From the NCBI GenBank assembly GCA_023267885.1, contig JALNLB010000001.1, forward strand, positions 72,779 to 115,469: DNA of 42,691 bases, given 5' to 3'. The notes beneath the pieces are model-generated. The model was not told where the DNA came from and ran no database searches. It was given only the letters and a program-made list of their open reading frames with translations. Positions 9,326 to 19,143 of the stretch are shown piece by piece. The position numbers and the translations under genes are program-made. The stretch comes from Candidatus Terraquivivens ruidianensis (GTDB taxonomy: Archaea > Thermoproteota > Nitrososphaeria_A > Caldarchaeales > Wolframiiraptoraceae). Position 1 is the first letter of the stretch; every line of letters starts with the position of its first letter.

Positions 9326-10318
9326 ATGCAAGCCAGCTCACTAGCCCTCATTACATGGTTAGCGTTGATAAGCTTAAGCATCTTTACAAACACCGTTCCA
9401 ATAAGTTCATCCGCCGCCGCTTCGTGGGATGCTCCAGAGACAGGGTATAGTTGGGGACTTGGTCTAATAGTCCCGGATGGGGGGTCACTAGAAAATGGTT
9501 CAACGGTTCGCTGGGATAAAGTTAACAACGTAACAGTCGTCGTGACATTACCTAAGATAAATCAGACGGATGGGACGATTTACGTCATCTTGAGCGCCAT
9601 GACAAAATCAGGGAACATCGTACAGGTTGCTGCCGGACTCTATCCCGAAGAGAATCTGTGGTTTGTCTACAGCATGTACATAGCGGAAGTTGTTTCAGTA
9701 GAAAAAAGTTACGTCCCAATTTCTATTAAGAGCGGACCAACTATGAAACCGGGCGATGCTATATCCATGTCTATTTACTCAAACAACATTGGACCGAGTA
9801 TTGTGTGGATGGAAAGGGTCTGTAACCTTAACACGGGAGATTGTAGGGTAGCTGATATGCTTAACGACGGTAGCGCTGTTTTCATGCCGGGCGAGCAGGA
9901 AATAATCGCTCTAGAATCTTACACAACGACTGAGAGCGTGTTCGAGCATATGGAAAACATGACACTTCATAATATACTACTTAATGGCGTTCAGGTTACT
10001 GGTAGATGGTACGTCGGTGACGGAATGGTGTTTGATCGGAGCCCTTTGTTCCAAGTTGGGGGGATTGTACATGTGCCTTCTTATATCTCAATGTATTTTA
10101 CACCTGACGGAAAAGCTGTTTGGTACTACTCGCCTAGCTGGGAACGTTGGAGCGACTCCCTTAGTGACCTAAACGCGCTCATAGTTTTCATGGTAGCGTT
10201 ATTGGTATCATCAATTAGCCTAGCCATGATTATTTTAAAAATATTCAAAATAAAGATTCATGTTGTTAAGTTCTCTTTGAAAGGTAAAGCGCCGCTATCC
10301 CGAGGAGCACTCCTATAA
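9326..10318 (+). CDS. Secreted/surface protein: signal peptide, beta-rich ectodomain, C-terminal TM anchor
   Basis: N-terminal hydrophobic signal, several N-x-S/T sequons, C-terminal hydrophobic helix followed by a Lys-rich tail. Confidence 0.6.
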   Translation: MQASSLALITWLALISLSIFTNTVPISSSAAASWDAPETGYSWGLGLIVPDGGSLENGSTVRWDKVNNVTVVVTLPKINQTDGTIYVILSAMTKSGNIVQVAAGLYPEENLWFVYSMYIAEVVSVEKSYVPISIKSGPTMKPGDAISMSIYSNNIGPSIVWMERVCNLNTGDCRVADMLNDGSAVFMPGEQEIIALESYTTTESVFEHMENMTLHNILLNGVQVTGRWYVGDGMVFDRSPLFQVGGIVHVPSYISMYFTPDGKAVWYYSPSWERWSDSLSDLNALIVFMVALLVSSISLAMIILKIFKIKIHVVKFSLKGKAPLSRGALL

Positions 10319-10751
10319 TAGCCACAATTGATAGTATTCGGATAGGGTTAACGAATGGTTCTAGGATTAGACGTACCTCCTCAGACGATGAATGGAGTAT
10401 CGTTGATGCATATCCACCTAGTATGCCAGCAATAGCTAGCATGAAACTAGCTCCTGTTATCCCAATATACATCGTGATTATATTTAAACCCGCTAACAGT
10501 CCGTTGACTTTTCTATATTCAACTTTTTCGATGAGGTAGTAAAGATACGAGAATCCAAGATGCCCAGCGAACCCCACAACTAGGTATAAGATGTAGCCTA
10601 GTATGAGCCACGTCCCTGGACCACCACCAACGATTATTCTCAGAATCGTCGGAAATGGTTGTATGGGAAGCACCATAATAAGCGTCCATAAGCACGCTAC
10701 CACTACATTTATAAGTGTAAGTTTCTTGAAGGTGGCATACCACGTTGACAT
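10266..10751 (-). CDS. Uncharacterised 4-TM membrane protein (paralog of 8702-9244)
   Basis: RIIVGGGPGTWLILGYILYLVVG aligns by eye with RVIAFGSAGNWFTVGYTTYLIVG. Confidence 0.7.
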   Translation of the reverse strand: MSTWYATFKKLTLINVVVACLWTLIMVLPIQPFPTILRIIVGGGPGTWLILGYILYLVVGFAGHLGFSYLYYLIEKVEYRKVNGLLAGLNIITMYIGITGASFMLAIAGILGGYASTILHSSSEEVRLILEPFVNPIRILSIVAIIGVLLGIAALYLSKRT

Positions 10752-10896
10752 TCGTTTTACTTAAATTAATGCGAGCTTTAAAGTCTTTTTAGGTATAACT
10801 TTCATTAAACCTATCTTACATCCCAGCTTCAGTTGCGACCCCGAGACTGTAAAATAGAAACCTACCAATGAGGGGTGATGACGCAATATAACCGCT

Positions 10897-11343
10897 TTAC
10901 TGGACGGTAACATGGTCTATACTATAATGCCTTTTGGCTAGAAGTCTGACTAGCTCTATGGTCTTGCCATTCTTGCCGATGGCAAGCCCCTTGTCCTTTG
11001 GCTCTACTGAGGCAATAGCTATCTTTTTGCCGTCGGGTCTTGAGGCTATCCTGACGGGGCCTGACAGCTTAGCTGGCATAAAGGCATTCTTGACGAATTT
11101 ACTAGGATCTTCTGAGAGCTCGATTACCTTGACGCGTTTCTTGATTATCCTGGAGAATTCCTGTATTTTGCTGCCACCCTTACTCAGAACCTTCTTCAGG
11201 TCGCCTTCCCTTATAACGAATACCACTAAGTCGCCAGTCTCAACACAGTCTATGGCCGTTACACCAGTCGCTGCCTCAAATAACGATATGTATTTCATCT
11301 CTTTTTCTGTAAGCTTGAACCCTTCACTCAACTTCTGGTGCAA
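10897..11343 (-). CDS. nusA: Archaeal NusA (KH domains)
   Basis: KLTEKEMKYISLFE, DKGLAIGKNGKTI; conserved position after rpl30e. Confidence 0.93.
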   Translation of the reverse strand: MHQKLSEGFKLTEKEMKYISLFEAATGVTAIDCVETGDLVVFVIREGDLKKVLSKGGSKIQEFSRIIKKRVKVIELSEDPSKFVKNAFMPAKLSGPVRIASRPDGKKIAIASVEPKDKGLAIGKNGKTIELVRLLAKRHYSIDHVTVQ

Positions 11344-11641
11344 CCTCCTCGAGCATGTTTGAACTACCAGGGTCTAATATGGAGAGCGTTGAAACCCTAA
11401 ATGGTTTTCCAAGGACGTAGCCCATCTCGTTTGAGCTCAATTCCGTCTTAATCGTTGGTACACCTACCATCTTAGAAGCCATGTAGATTCTCTTTTCTAA
11501 ATCTGGCGGACAGTTCTTTGCCAACAGCACGAGTTTAGACTTGCCGTTTAACAGCGATAAATAAGATTGTCTAAATCCAATAATTACCTTCCCTGTTCTG
11601 CTTATTACCTCAAGCTCCTTCCTTACGTTCATCTCTATCAC
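11324..11641 (-). CDS. rpl30e: 50S ribosomal protein L30e
   Basis: TGKVIIG, LAKNCP, MGYVLGKPF, DPGSS; synteny. Confidence 0.93.
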   Translation of the reverse strand: MIEMNVRKELEVISRTGKVIIGFRQSYLSLLNGKSKLVLLAKNCPPDLEKRIYMASKMVGVPTIKTELSSNEMGYVLGKPFRVSTLSILDPGSSNMLEEVAPEVE

Positions 11642-14600
11642 CAGATCTGTTATTTGATGGTCCCGCTTGGTGAAGCATCAAGAGCGAGACCATTCCTGTG
11701 CCTATTGGTATCTCCTTCCCCATAAGTATCCTCTCAACGTTACCCTTTAAGTAATCTACCTCACCTCTAGTTGCTGCATCAAGCAGAACTTGGACGCTTA
11801 TCTCAAAGGCAGCTCTGGCCAGCACGCTCTCCTTCAGCTTAATCACACCATGCCTACCTACTTGCTTCACGCTGCCGCTAACAGTCATCATATCTGCTAA
11901 TAGTGTAAGGTGCCTAACGTCAACGTCTAGCCCCTGCTCACGAAGCACATTCTTCGCCTCGTTTATTATGGCGTTCCTCGCAGCCTCTATCCCTAAGACT
12001 TCTGCAACTTCGTGTATGTCGTTCGTGATAACCCTAGTGGCATCAACACCGGGCATCTTCATTACTTCCCTTAAGTTTGAGCCCTCCGTGAGGATTATAT
12101 ATTCATCGCCCTCTTGTGAGACTATAGCCTTCGTTATTCTTTTGATTCCTTTGACTGTCATTTTATCGTCCAGTAGAATTTTATCCCTAACCTTTTCAAG
12201 TGCCTGCACCGCGTCTTCGGATGGTTTTAAGATGATCGTGTCCGTATCTTTTACTTCTGGCTTGTAGGCTTTCAGGGCATTCTTCACATCATTTAACGTG
12301 ACACCCCTTTCATGCATCGCATCCATATCCAACTTAACAGTCAAAGCACCACGCTTATAGTTTATTGTGACTTCAGAAACTATGTCTTTGAAAGCCGTGT
12401 GCTGTATCTGGTTTGCAATCTTTTGTGCTTTGGCCCTATCTTTTGCAAAATCCTTCTGAAGGTATATCCTCATTATAGGTGTAGAGGGGGTCTTACGGGC
12501 ATCAACAATCTCGATTAACCTTGGCAAACCAAGCAGTATACTCTGCTCCCTAACGCCCGCAAAATGAAACGTTCTGAGTGTAAGCTGGGTTCCCGGCTCT
12601 CCTATTGACTGGGCCGTTACAATACCCACAGAGTCACCAGGCTCTACCCGAGAGCTCAGGTAAATCCTGTATGCCTCTTCGAATGAGTTGTCAACTAAGC
12701 GCTCTGAGGCCTTTGCCTTTGTAAGTACATTTACTAACTCCTCAACAATCTTTTCGGGTATAAGTTTTTTATACCATTCAGCCTTAGATACTAGATAATC
12801 ACGGGAGGCAGGTTTATCGGCTGGTAAACAGCTCATCAACCTCTCCACGACTACTGCTGGGTTAACTGGTTGTCCATGTTCGCTCTTAGCTGGGTCAACG
12901 CCATCTTCACCATACTGGAATTGGATTATTCTTTTTTCATCTGTTGTCCTTACCGTGCCATCATACTCTACGTATAACGATTCTAGAGCATTTATAAGTC
13001 GGCGTTGCATATAACCGCTCTGCTGAGTCCTCACCGCCGTATCAACTAGCCCATCCCTCCCACCTACCATGTGGAAGAAGAATTCTATTGGGTCTAGGCC
13101 GCTCATGAATGAGTTATAAACGAAACCTTTAGCTCTGGGTGATAAGTCCCCTGACTTGAAGAAGCTCAGAACTCTATCTGTATAGCCCCTCTTTATCCTT
13201 TCCCTTCTGACGGCCTGCTGACCGACGACCGCTATCATCTGGTCAATGTTAAGCGAGGTACCCCTTGCTCCAGTCTTTATCATAATCACGGCATTGTTTG
13301 AGGGCGGTATATGCTGCCTTACAACCTTGCCAGCCATATCCCTAGTTTTTGATAGTAAGGATAGGACGGCAGACTCGAACGCTTGCTCAGGAGTTTCACC
13401 GGGATAGACGGGAGACTTACCCTTCTCGTAATCCGTTCTAAGTTTAATGAACTCCTCGTCCATCTTTACAAAAAGTTTGGATATTTCTCGGTAAACCTCA
13501 GGCGTTATCATTAAGTCATCTATAGTGAACGTGAAGCCCCTGATACGTAAGTAAGTATTAGCAAGTTTCACTACCCTGTCTAGGAAGTTCCTGGCTACAT
13601 CATATCCGTAATCCCTTACTAGCCTATGGATTATGTTGTTTGCTTTTTCTACACCTATACCATTCTTATCTATCACACCCTTTACAAGCTTGCCGTCTTG
13701 TATCACGACGGTCTCTTCAGGTGCGAGGCTGGATCTGAATTTATGGTTGAAGTCTTTTGGAAGCAGTAGGCTGAATATCTGCTTGCCGTTCCATAGCGGT
13801 TGCGGCTTACTTACTACGGGTTCCGGCAACTCGCCATCGTATCCTATCGCTGAGAGTAGATAGGATACCTCTTTTAAGTTGAGCAACGTGTCATCTTTTG
13901 TTAGTAGGTATGTAGCTGTGAGGAAGTCCCTGATAGCTCCGATTATGGGAGCACCGTGACGTGGAGATATTATGTTGTTCTGTACTAAGAGCAGTATCTT
14001 AGCCTCAGTTTGAGCTTCCTCGCTCTGCGGAACGTGTAAGTTCATCTCGTCACCGTCGAAGTCCGCGTTGTATGGTGTGCAAACTGCAAGGTTAAGACGG
14101 AACGTCTTGTAGGGAAGGACCTTTACTATATGGGCCATTATTGACATCCTATGAAGTGATGGTTGCCTATTAAACAGGACGATGTCTCCGTCAATGAGGT
14201 GTCGCTCGACCACGTATCCGGGTTCCAGAGCGTTTGCTAGTTCATTCAAATCATGCGCAAGCTTTAGCCTGATGGTCCTACCATCTGGTCTGATTATGTA
14301 TTTGGCACCCGGATACTTGTCCGGGCCATTCCTTACATATTCTCTTAACCTTTCGATATTCCAAGCGTTAACCTTTTCCGGTACGGTAAGCTGCATCGCT
14401 ACCTCCAAGGGAACGCCGACCTCATTTATCCCTAGGTTAGGGTCTGGGGATATGACCGTCCTAGCCGAGAAGTCAACCCTCTTACCGGAAAGGTTTAGCC
14501 TGAACCTGCCTTCTTTGCCTTTCAGCCTCTGCGCTAATGTCTTTAGTACACGACCAGACCTATGAACGGATGGTGATGTCCCGACCGCCTCGTTATTAAT

Positions 14601-15428
14601 ATAGGTAGTTACATGGTACTGGAGAAGGTCAGATAATTCCATTATGACTGGTGAAGGCGACCCTGCTGCTATATTTTCTCGAAGCCTCTGGGCGACTCTA
14701 AGTATGTCTACCAGCTTGTGTGTTAGGTCGTCTTCTGACCTAAAGCCAGATTCAAGCGTAATGGATGGCCTTACATATACGGGGGGCACGGGTAAGACCG
14801 TAAGCACCATCCATTCTGGTCTTACGCTCGTGGGGTCTATATCCAGCAACACTAAGTCGTCATTAGGTATTCTCTCAAGCCTAGTTCTGACCACACTAGC
14901 GGGAAGTCTTACCAGCTCCGACTCTGTCGCCTCTATAAAAGTCGTTGGCTTCTCTAGCTCAATCCTTACCTGCTTCTCACCGCAATGCGGACATGTCTGC
15001 ACCGAAGTAGCCTTTTGTATTATTTTAAAGTAAATGTGCCTGTATGGTCTTCCGGATTGTTTCTCCGTTTCCAACTCTTCTCTGAAGTTCTTTATCTGTT
15101 CGTCATCCAGAAGTATCCTACCACACGACCTACAGGTAGCTTTTAAAAGCGTATGTATAGTTTTAACAAACCCAACATGTATAACAGGAACTGGCAACTC
15201 TATATGTCCGAAGTGTCCTGGGCATCCAAGGTAAGTGTTGCCACATGTCTTACAACGCTGGCCAGGTTCCAAGGTTCCCAGCCTTGGGTCCATCACACCA
15301 GTCGGTATCGGGAGACCATCGTCACCGTACGTATCGGGGTTTTGTATCTCGGCCACGGACATCTTCCTGATGAGGTCCGGTGAGAGTATGCCGAATTTTA
15401 TGGCTGCCACGGAACCTCTGTAAGACAT
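11610..15428 (-). CDS. rpoA: RNA polymerase largest subunit, A' and A'' fused (Rpo1)
   Basis: CPGHFGHI, YNADFDGDEMN, SGYMQRRL and A''-type AQSIGEPGTQLTLRTFH all in one 1272-aa ORF. Confidence 0.98.
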   Translation of the reverse strand: MSYRGSVAAIKFGILSPDLIRKMSVAEIQNPDTYGDDGLPIPTGVMDPRLGTLEPGQRCKTCGNTYLGCPGHFGHIELPVPVIHVGFVKTIHTLLKATCRSCGRILLDDEQIKNFREELETEKQSGRPYRHIYFKIIQKATSVQTCPHCGEKQVRIELEKPTTFIEATESELVRLPASVVRTRLERIPNDDLVLLDIDPTSVRPEWMVLTVLPVPPVYVRPSITLESGFRSEDDLTHKLVDILRVAQRLRENIAAGSPSPVIMELSDLLQYHVTTYINNEAVGTSPSVHRSGRVLKTLAQRLKGKEGRFRLNLSGKRVDFSARTVISPDPNLGINEVGVPLEVAMQLTVPEKVNAWNIERLREYVRNGPDKYPGAKYIIRPDGRTIRLKLAHDLNELANALEPGYVVERHLIDGDIVLFNRQPSLHRMSIMAHIVKVLPYKTFRLNLAVCTPYNADFDGDEMNLHVPQSEEAQTEAKILLLVQNNIISPRHGAPIIGAIRDFLTATYLLTKDDTLLNLKEVSYLLSAIGYDGELPEPVVSKPQPLWNGKQIFSLLLPKDFNHKFRSSLAPEETVVIQDGKLVKGVIDKNGIGVEKANNIIHRLVRDYGYDVARNFLDRVVKLANTYLRIRGFTFTIDDLMITPEVYREISKLFVKMDEEFIKLRTDYEKGKSPVYPGETPEQAFESAVLSLLSKTRDMAGKVVRQHIPPSNNAVIMIKTGARGTSLNIDQMIAVVGQQAVRRERIKRGYTDRVLSFFKSGDLSPRAKGFVYNSFMSGLDPIEFFFHMVGGRDGLVDTAVRTQQSGYMQRRLINALESLYVEYDGTVRTTDEKRIIQFQYGEDGVDPAKSEHGQPVNPAVVVERLMSCLPADKPASRDYLVSKAEWYKKLIPEKIVEELVNVLTKAKASERLVDNSFEEAYRIYLSSRVEPGDSVGIVTAQSIGEPGTQLTLRTFHFAGVREQSILLGLPRLIEIVDARKTPSTPIMRIYLQKDFAKDRAKAQKIANQIQHTAFKDIVSEVTINYKRGALTVKLDMDAMHERGVTLNDVKNALKAYKPEVKDTDTIILKPSEDAVQALEKVRDKILLDDKMTVKGIKRITKAIVSQEGDEYIILTEGSNLREVMKMPGVDATRVITNDIHEVAEVLGIEAARNAIINEAKNVLREQGLDVDVRHLTLLADMMTVSGSVKQVGRHGVIKLKESVLARAAFEISVQVLLDAATRGEVDYLKGNVERILMGKEIPIGTGMVSLLMLHQAGPSNNRSGDRDERKEGA

Positions 15429-15429
15429 G

Positions 15430-18400
15430 TTACACCAACTCCTCCAACTTTACCTTTGGATAGATGTTCATGCTTAGCAGCTCGTTTAATAGAAGGTAAA
15501 ATGCATATGACATAACAATGGGCTTTATGCTCGCCTCCTTTCCGCATACTCTACAAACGGTACGCTCCTGTTTGAGGTCATAGTATGCTGGCAAGCCACA
15601 CTTTTCGCAGAAGTATGCAGTATATTTATCAGACTGCTCGAGTAGCCTATCCAAGAGTAGATAAGCAGCTCCATGCGCAACTAAGCAGTCACGCTCCATC
15701 TCTCCAAACTTCAGACCACCACCCCTAGCTCTTCCCTCAGTCGGCTGCCGAGTCAGCATCTGTACCTGTCCACGTGCTCTCGCATGTATTTTGTCCCTGA
15801 CGAGGTGATGTAATCTCTGATAGTAAACTACACCGATAAAGATTTCCGCTTCGAATTTCTTACCAGTTACACCATCGTACATGATTGATGTTCCTGAGCT
15901 TTTGAAACCCAATGCTTCAAGTTCTGCCTTTAACTCTTCAAGCTTCTTGCCAAAGAACGGCGTCCCATCAACTGGCTCAGCCTTTATAGCCGCGACCTTT
16001 CCTGCTATGCTCTCGATAAGTTGACCGATAGTCATTCTTGACGGGAATGCATGTGGGTTTATTATAAGGTCAGGTACTATGCCGTCCTCCGTGTAGGGCA
16101 TGTCCTCTTGCGGGAAGAGCGCACCTACGACCCCCTTCTGCCCATGCCTCGATGAAAACTTGTCGCCTATCTCAACGAAACACGTACTCCTTACCCTTGC
16201 CTTTACGAGTTTGTTGCCCTCATCCGTTCTAGTTATGAATATATGGTCGACGACGCCACTCTCGGACTGTCTAACTACTTCGGACGCGTCCCTCCACACC
16301 ATTTCCCTTGCTGGCATACGTGTGTACTCTTCTATGAACCTCGGCGGACTCATGACACCGACTATTACCATATTTCCGCTCACGTCAGATTCTATATGGG
16401 CTAACCCATCCGCATCCAATACTCTATAGTATTGCTCACCCTTGTAACCTCTTATGTTGGGTTCGGGTATCCCAAACTTATCTTTCTGGCCTCCGAGGTA
16501 TTGTCTCGACTCCACCTCATACGTCCTGTAGCTGAGAGAGAGGCCAAGGCCTCTCTCAACAGATGACTTGTTGAGTACAACAGCATCCTCCATGTTATAA
16601 CCTTGAGCTGATAATATTGCGACGACCATGTTCTGGCCTATTGGTCTGCTGTTAAGACCTATCAACTCAATAGATTTGGTTGTAACGAGAGGTTTCTGGG
16701 GATAGACCAGTAGGTGCATCTTAGAGTCTGTCCTTATCTCGTAATTCGAGGCGAAGAAGCCCAAGGCCTGTTTGGCCATAGCACCCTCGTAAACATTCCT
16801 TGGAGATTGGTTGTGTCCAGCATATGGGATTATTGAAGTGACAGTTCCGAGCGTTATGTAGGGAGATATTTCCAAGTGTGTATGCTCAGGTGTGATGGTA
16901 TCCGGCGTTAAGGCGACGTACGCATTCTCCTCTTCTTCCGCATCCAAGAATTCGATGATGCCCATGGAAACAAAGTCTCTGAATCTGGATATTCTATTCT
17001 TTATGGCTTCTATGTGGTTGCGGTTTAATCTTGGTACTTCCTTCTCAACAATTATTAAGGGTCTTCTGACTCTACCTTCATCGGTGTTTATCCAGACCTC
17101 TTGCATATGTTTGTAGTTATACAGCGCAACATTCATATTGTTATTTATCTCGCCATTCCTTCTCAGGTTTCTGAGTTCCGTAACGAGTTCCTGCCCATTA
17201 GGATGGAAACCTACCAACAATCCATCAACGAACACTTTTGCGGACAGGAATTTTTTTCGAGTTATGGCCTCGCTTAAAGGCATAACTCCAAGTACGTAGA
17301 GCTTATCCAGAACTTCACGTTTATTCATCGGAAATGAAAATTCTGCTGAGAGTGCTAAATTCTTAACCAGGCCACAGTTGCTGCCTTCGGGCGTCTCGGC
17401 AGGACATATCCTGCCCCAGTGAGTTCCATGAAGGTCCCTTGCCTCGAAGTGTGGCTGGCTCCTGCTTAAGGGCGATTGCACCCTCCTTAAGTGGCTCAGC
17501 GTTGCCAGATAGTTGGTTCTGTTCAGCAGTTGAGTTACGCCGACCCTACCGCCAGGCCAGTTTCCAGTCGCGAATGCATGCTTAACAAAGTCCGCAACTA
17601 TTCCTGGTCTAACAAACGTCGATATGGACGTCGGCTGCCTTATGGCCAGCAACCTCTCCAGCTGATATCTTACATCCCTGATGAGCTTCAAGAATGCCAT
17701 TCTGTAGAGCTCCATCAGTAAAGGTGTAGCTAGCTTCACACGTTTGTTGGCATAATGGTCCTTATCGCTGGGCTTCCTAAGACCTAAGCTGGTCTCTAAT
17801 ACCCTGCCTATCATCTCGCATAAGAATATCGCCTTAAGATATCTCGATGCCTTGTCCGTCCCGATGTGCGGCAGTAGAACGTTATCTATCAGCTGCTCAG
17901 CCCTTTGTATCCTGTACTCCTCAGCATACCCAAACGCTATCTTGTTACCTATGTATTTTAGAGCGTCGTCAACGGTCTCTATCCCTTCTGCTTCTTTAAA
18001 GGGAAGCTCCAGAAGTTCCTGAACCTCCTTCACTGGCGATATGAAGTTCACGATTTCCCTGTCGTTTGTCATGCCTAAAGCTCTGAGGAGAATTATAGCC
18101 GGTATGCCTTTGTAAATTCTTGAGAAGAATATCCTTATCGGTCCGCCATCCTTGTACGTAACCTCGACCTTAGCCTGTCTACCGAATGCTGAAGAGAGTA
18201 CGACGGCTGCGTACTGTGGCTTACCGCCGACGTCCTTTTCGGTTACGAGTATCTTGTTGGGCGCTAAATCCTCTATGGCAACTATTACACGCTCTGAGCC
18301 GTTGATTATGAAATAGCCTCCTGGGTCCATGGGGTCCTCGCCTATGGCCAATAGCTCGTCATGGGTCATCTTTGATAGAGGGCATATGTCGCTCTTCACC

Positions 18401-18783
18401 ATCACCGGTATTATTCCAACCTCCACACGCTCCGAAGACAGTAGCCTCCCATCCAAGTACAAGTTCATCTTGGCATACAACGGTGCAGCGTATGTGAGCT
18501 TCCTGAGTCGACACTCAGCAGGCGTTATGTTCTCGTTAATTGTGCCATCTATCTCAATAATTCGTGGTTTATCTATTTCTATCGCTCCAAATTTGAAGGT
18601 TAGCGTCCCATGCTTCGTCTTAATCTCTTGCACATCCAAAGAATTGACAAGCTCTTGTAGACCCTTTCTGATGAAATAGTTATATGACCTGATGTGATGC
18701 TGAACGAGCCCCTCCTCTTCTATGAAGCTCTTGGCAACGTACCAAAGCTCATCCGTAGTGAGCTTGTGATCTTTCTGCATCAC
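15430..18783 (-). CDS. rpoB: RNA polymerase subunit B (Rpo2), unsplit
   Basis: GGYFIINGSE, GDKFSSRHGQKG, RQPTEGRARGGGLKFGEMERD, C-terminal Zn finger. Confidence 0.98.
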   Translation of the reverse strand: MMQKDHKLTTDELWYVAKSFIEEEGLVQHHIRSYNYFIRKGLQELVNSLDVQEIKTKHGTLTFKFGAIEIDKPRIIEIDGTINENITPAECRLRKLTYAAPLYAKMNLYLDGRLLSSERVEVGIIPVMVKSDICPLSKMTHDELLAIGEDPMDPGGYFIINGSERVIVAIEDLAPNKILVTEKDVGGKPQYAAVVLSSAFGRQAKVEVTYKDGGPIRIFFSRIYKGIPAIILLRALGMTNDREIVNFISPVKEVQELLELPFKEAEGIETVDDALKYIGNKIAFGYAEEYRIQRAEQLIDNVLLPHIGTDKASRYLKAIFLCEMIGRVLETSLGLRKPSDKDHYANKRVKLATPLLMELYRMAFLKLIRDVRYQLERLLAIRQPTSISTFVRPGIVADFVKHAFATGNWPGGRVGVTQLLNRTNYLATLSHLRRVQSPLSRSQPHFEARDLHGTHWGRICPAETPEGSNCGLVKNLALSAEFSFPMNKREVLDKLYVLGVMPLSEAITRKKFLSAKVFVDGLLVGFHPNGQELVTELRNLRRNGEINNNMNVALYNYKHMQEVWINTDEGRVRRPLIIVEKEVPRLNRNHIEAIKNRISRFRDFVSMGIIEFLDAEEEENAYVALTPDTITPEHTHLEISPYITLGTVTSIIPYAGHNQSPRNVYEGAMAKQALGFFASNYEIRTDSKMHLLVYPQKPLVTTKSIELIGLNSRPIGQNMVVAILSAQGYNMEDAVVLNKSSVERGLGLSLSYRTYEVESRQYLGGQKDKFGIPEPNIRGYKGEQYYRVLDADGLAHIESDVSGNMVIVGVMSPPRFIEEYTRMPAREMVWRDASEVVRQSESGVVDHIFITRTDEGNKLVKARVRSTCFVEIGDKFSSRHGQKGVVGALFPQEDMPYTEDGIVPDLIINPHAFPSRMTIGQLIESIAGKVAAIKAEPVDGTPFFGKKLEELKAELEALGFKSSGTSIMYDGVTGKKFEAEIFIGVVYYQRLHHLVRDKIHARARGQVQMLTRQPTEGRARGGGLKFGEMERDCLVAHGAAYLLLDRLLEQSDKYTAYFCEKCGLPAYYDLKQERTVCRVCGKEASIKPIVMSYAFYLLLNELLSMNIYPKVKLEELV

Positions 18784-19068
18784 TTACTCCCTCACAACCA
18801 GCCTGTAATAAACAGTTCTTCCAGCAATTTCTGTCTGTCTTATAATCTTTATAACGTCGCCCGGCTTTGCGCCGATTTCCTTGACAACCGGGTCCGAAAC
18901 CAGAATATAAGGAAGCTGTTGCGGTTTTATACGGTATTTCTTCAACAGCTCCTCTACTTCTTCCTTCGTCATTATCTCATGTTTTGGAACAAAAACATGT
19001 TTACTGGGTGAGAACGCCTGGGCTCTCTCCTGCTCTGAGAGTTTAGCTTTATCGGTCATCCTTGACAT
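18784..19068 (-). CDS. rpoH: RNA polymerase subunit H (Rpo5)
   Basis: [32 protein letters not shown]. Confidence 0.96.
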   Translation of the reverse strand: MSRMTDKAKLSEQERAQAFSPSKHVFVPKHEIMTKEEVEELLKKYRIKPQQLPYILVSDPVVKEIGAKPGDVIKIIRQTEIAGRTVYYRLVVRE

Positions 19069-19143
19069 TCCTCCAAAAATATAGACATTATACCAAATCT
19101 AAATCTGGAACCAATTAGGTTATTAATAAATCTTCAACGGTTT

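Noticed and set aside
5755-19068. Additional BHB introns or inteins in tuf, rpoA, rpoB and ribosomal protein genes
   Set aside because: All are open, of normal length and without insertions visible by eye. A computational BHB scan would be needed to exclude stop-free in-frame introns.
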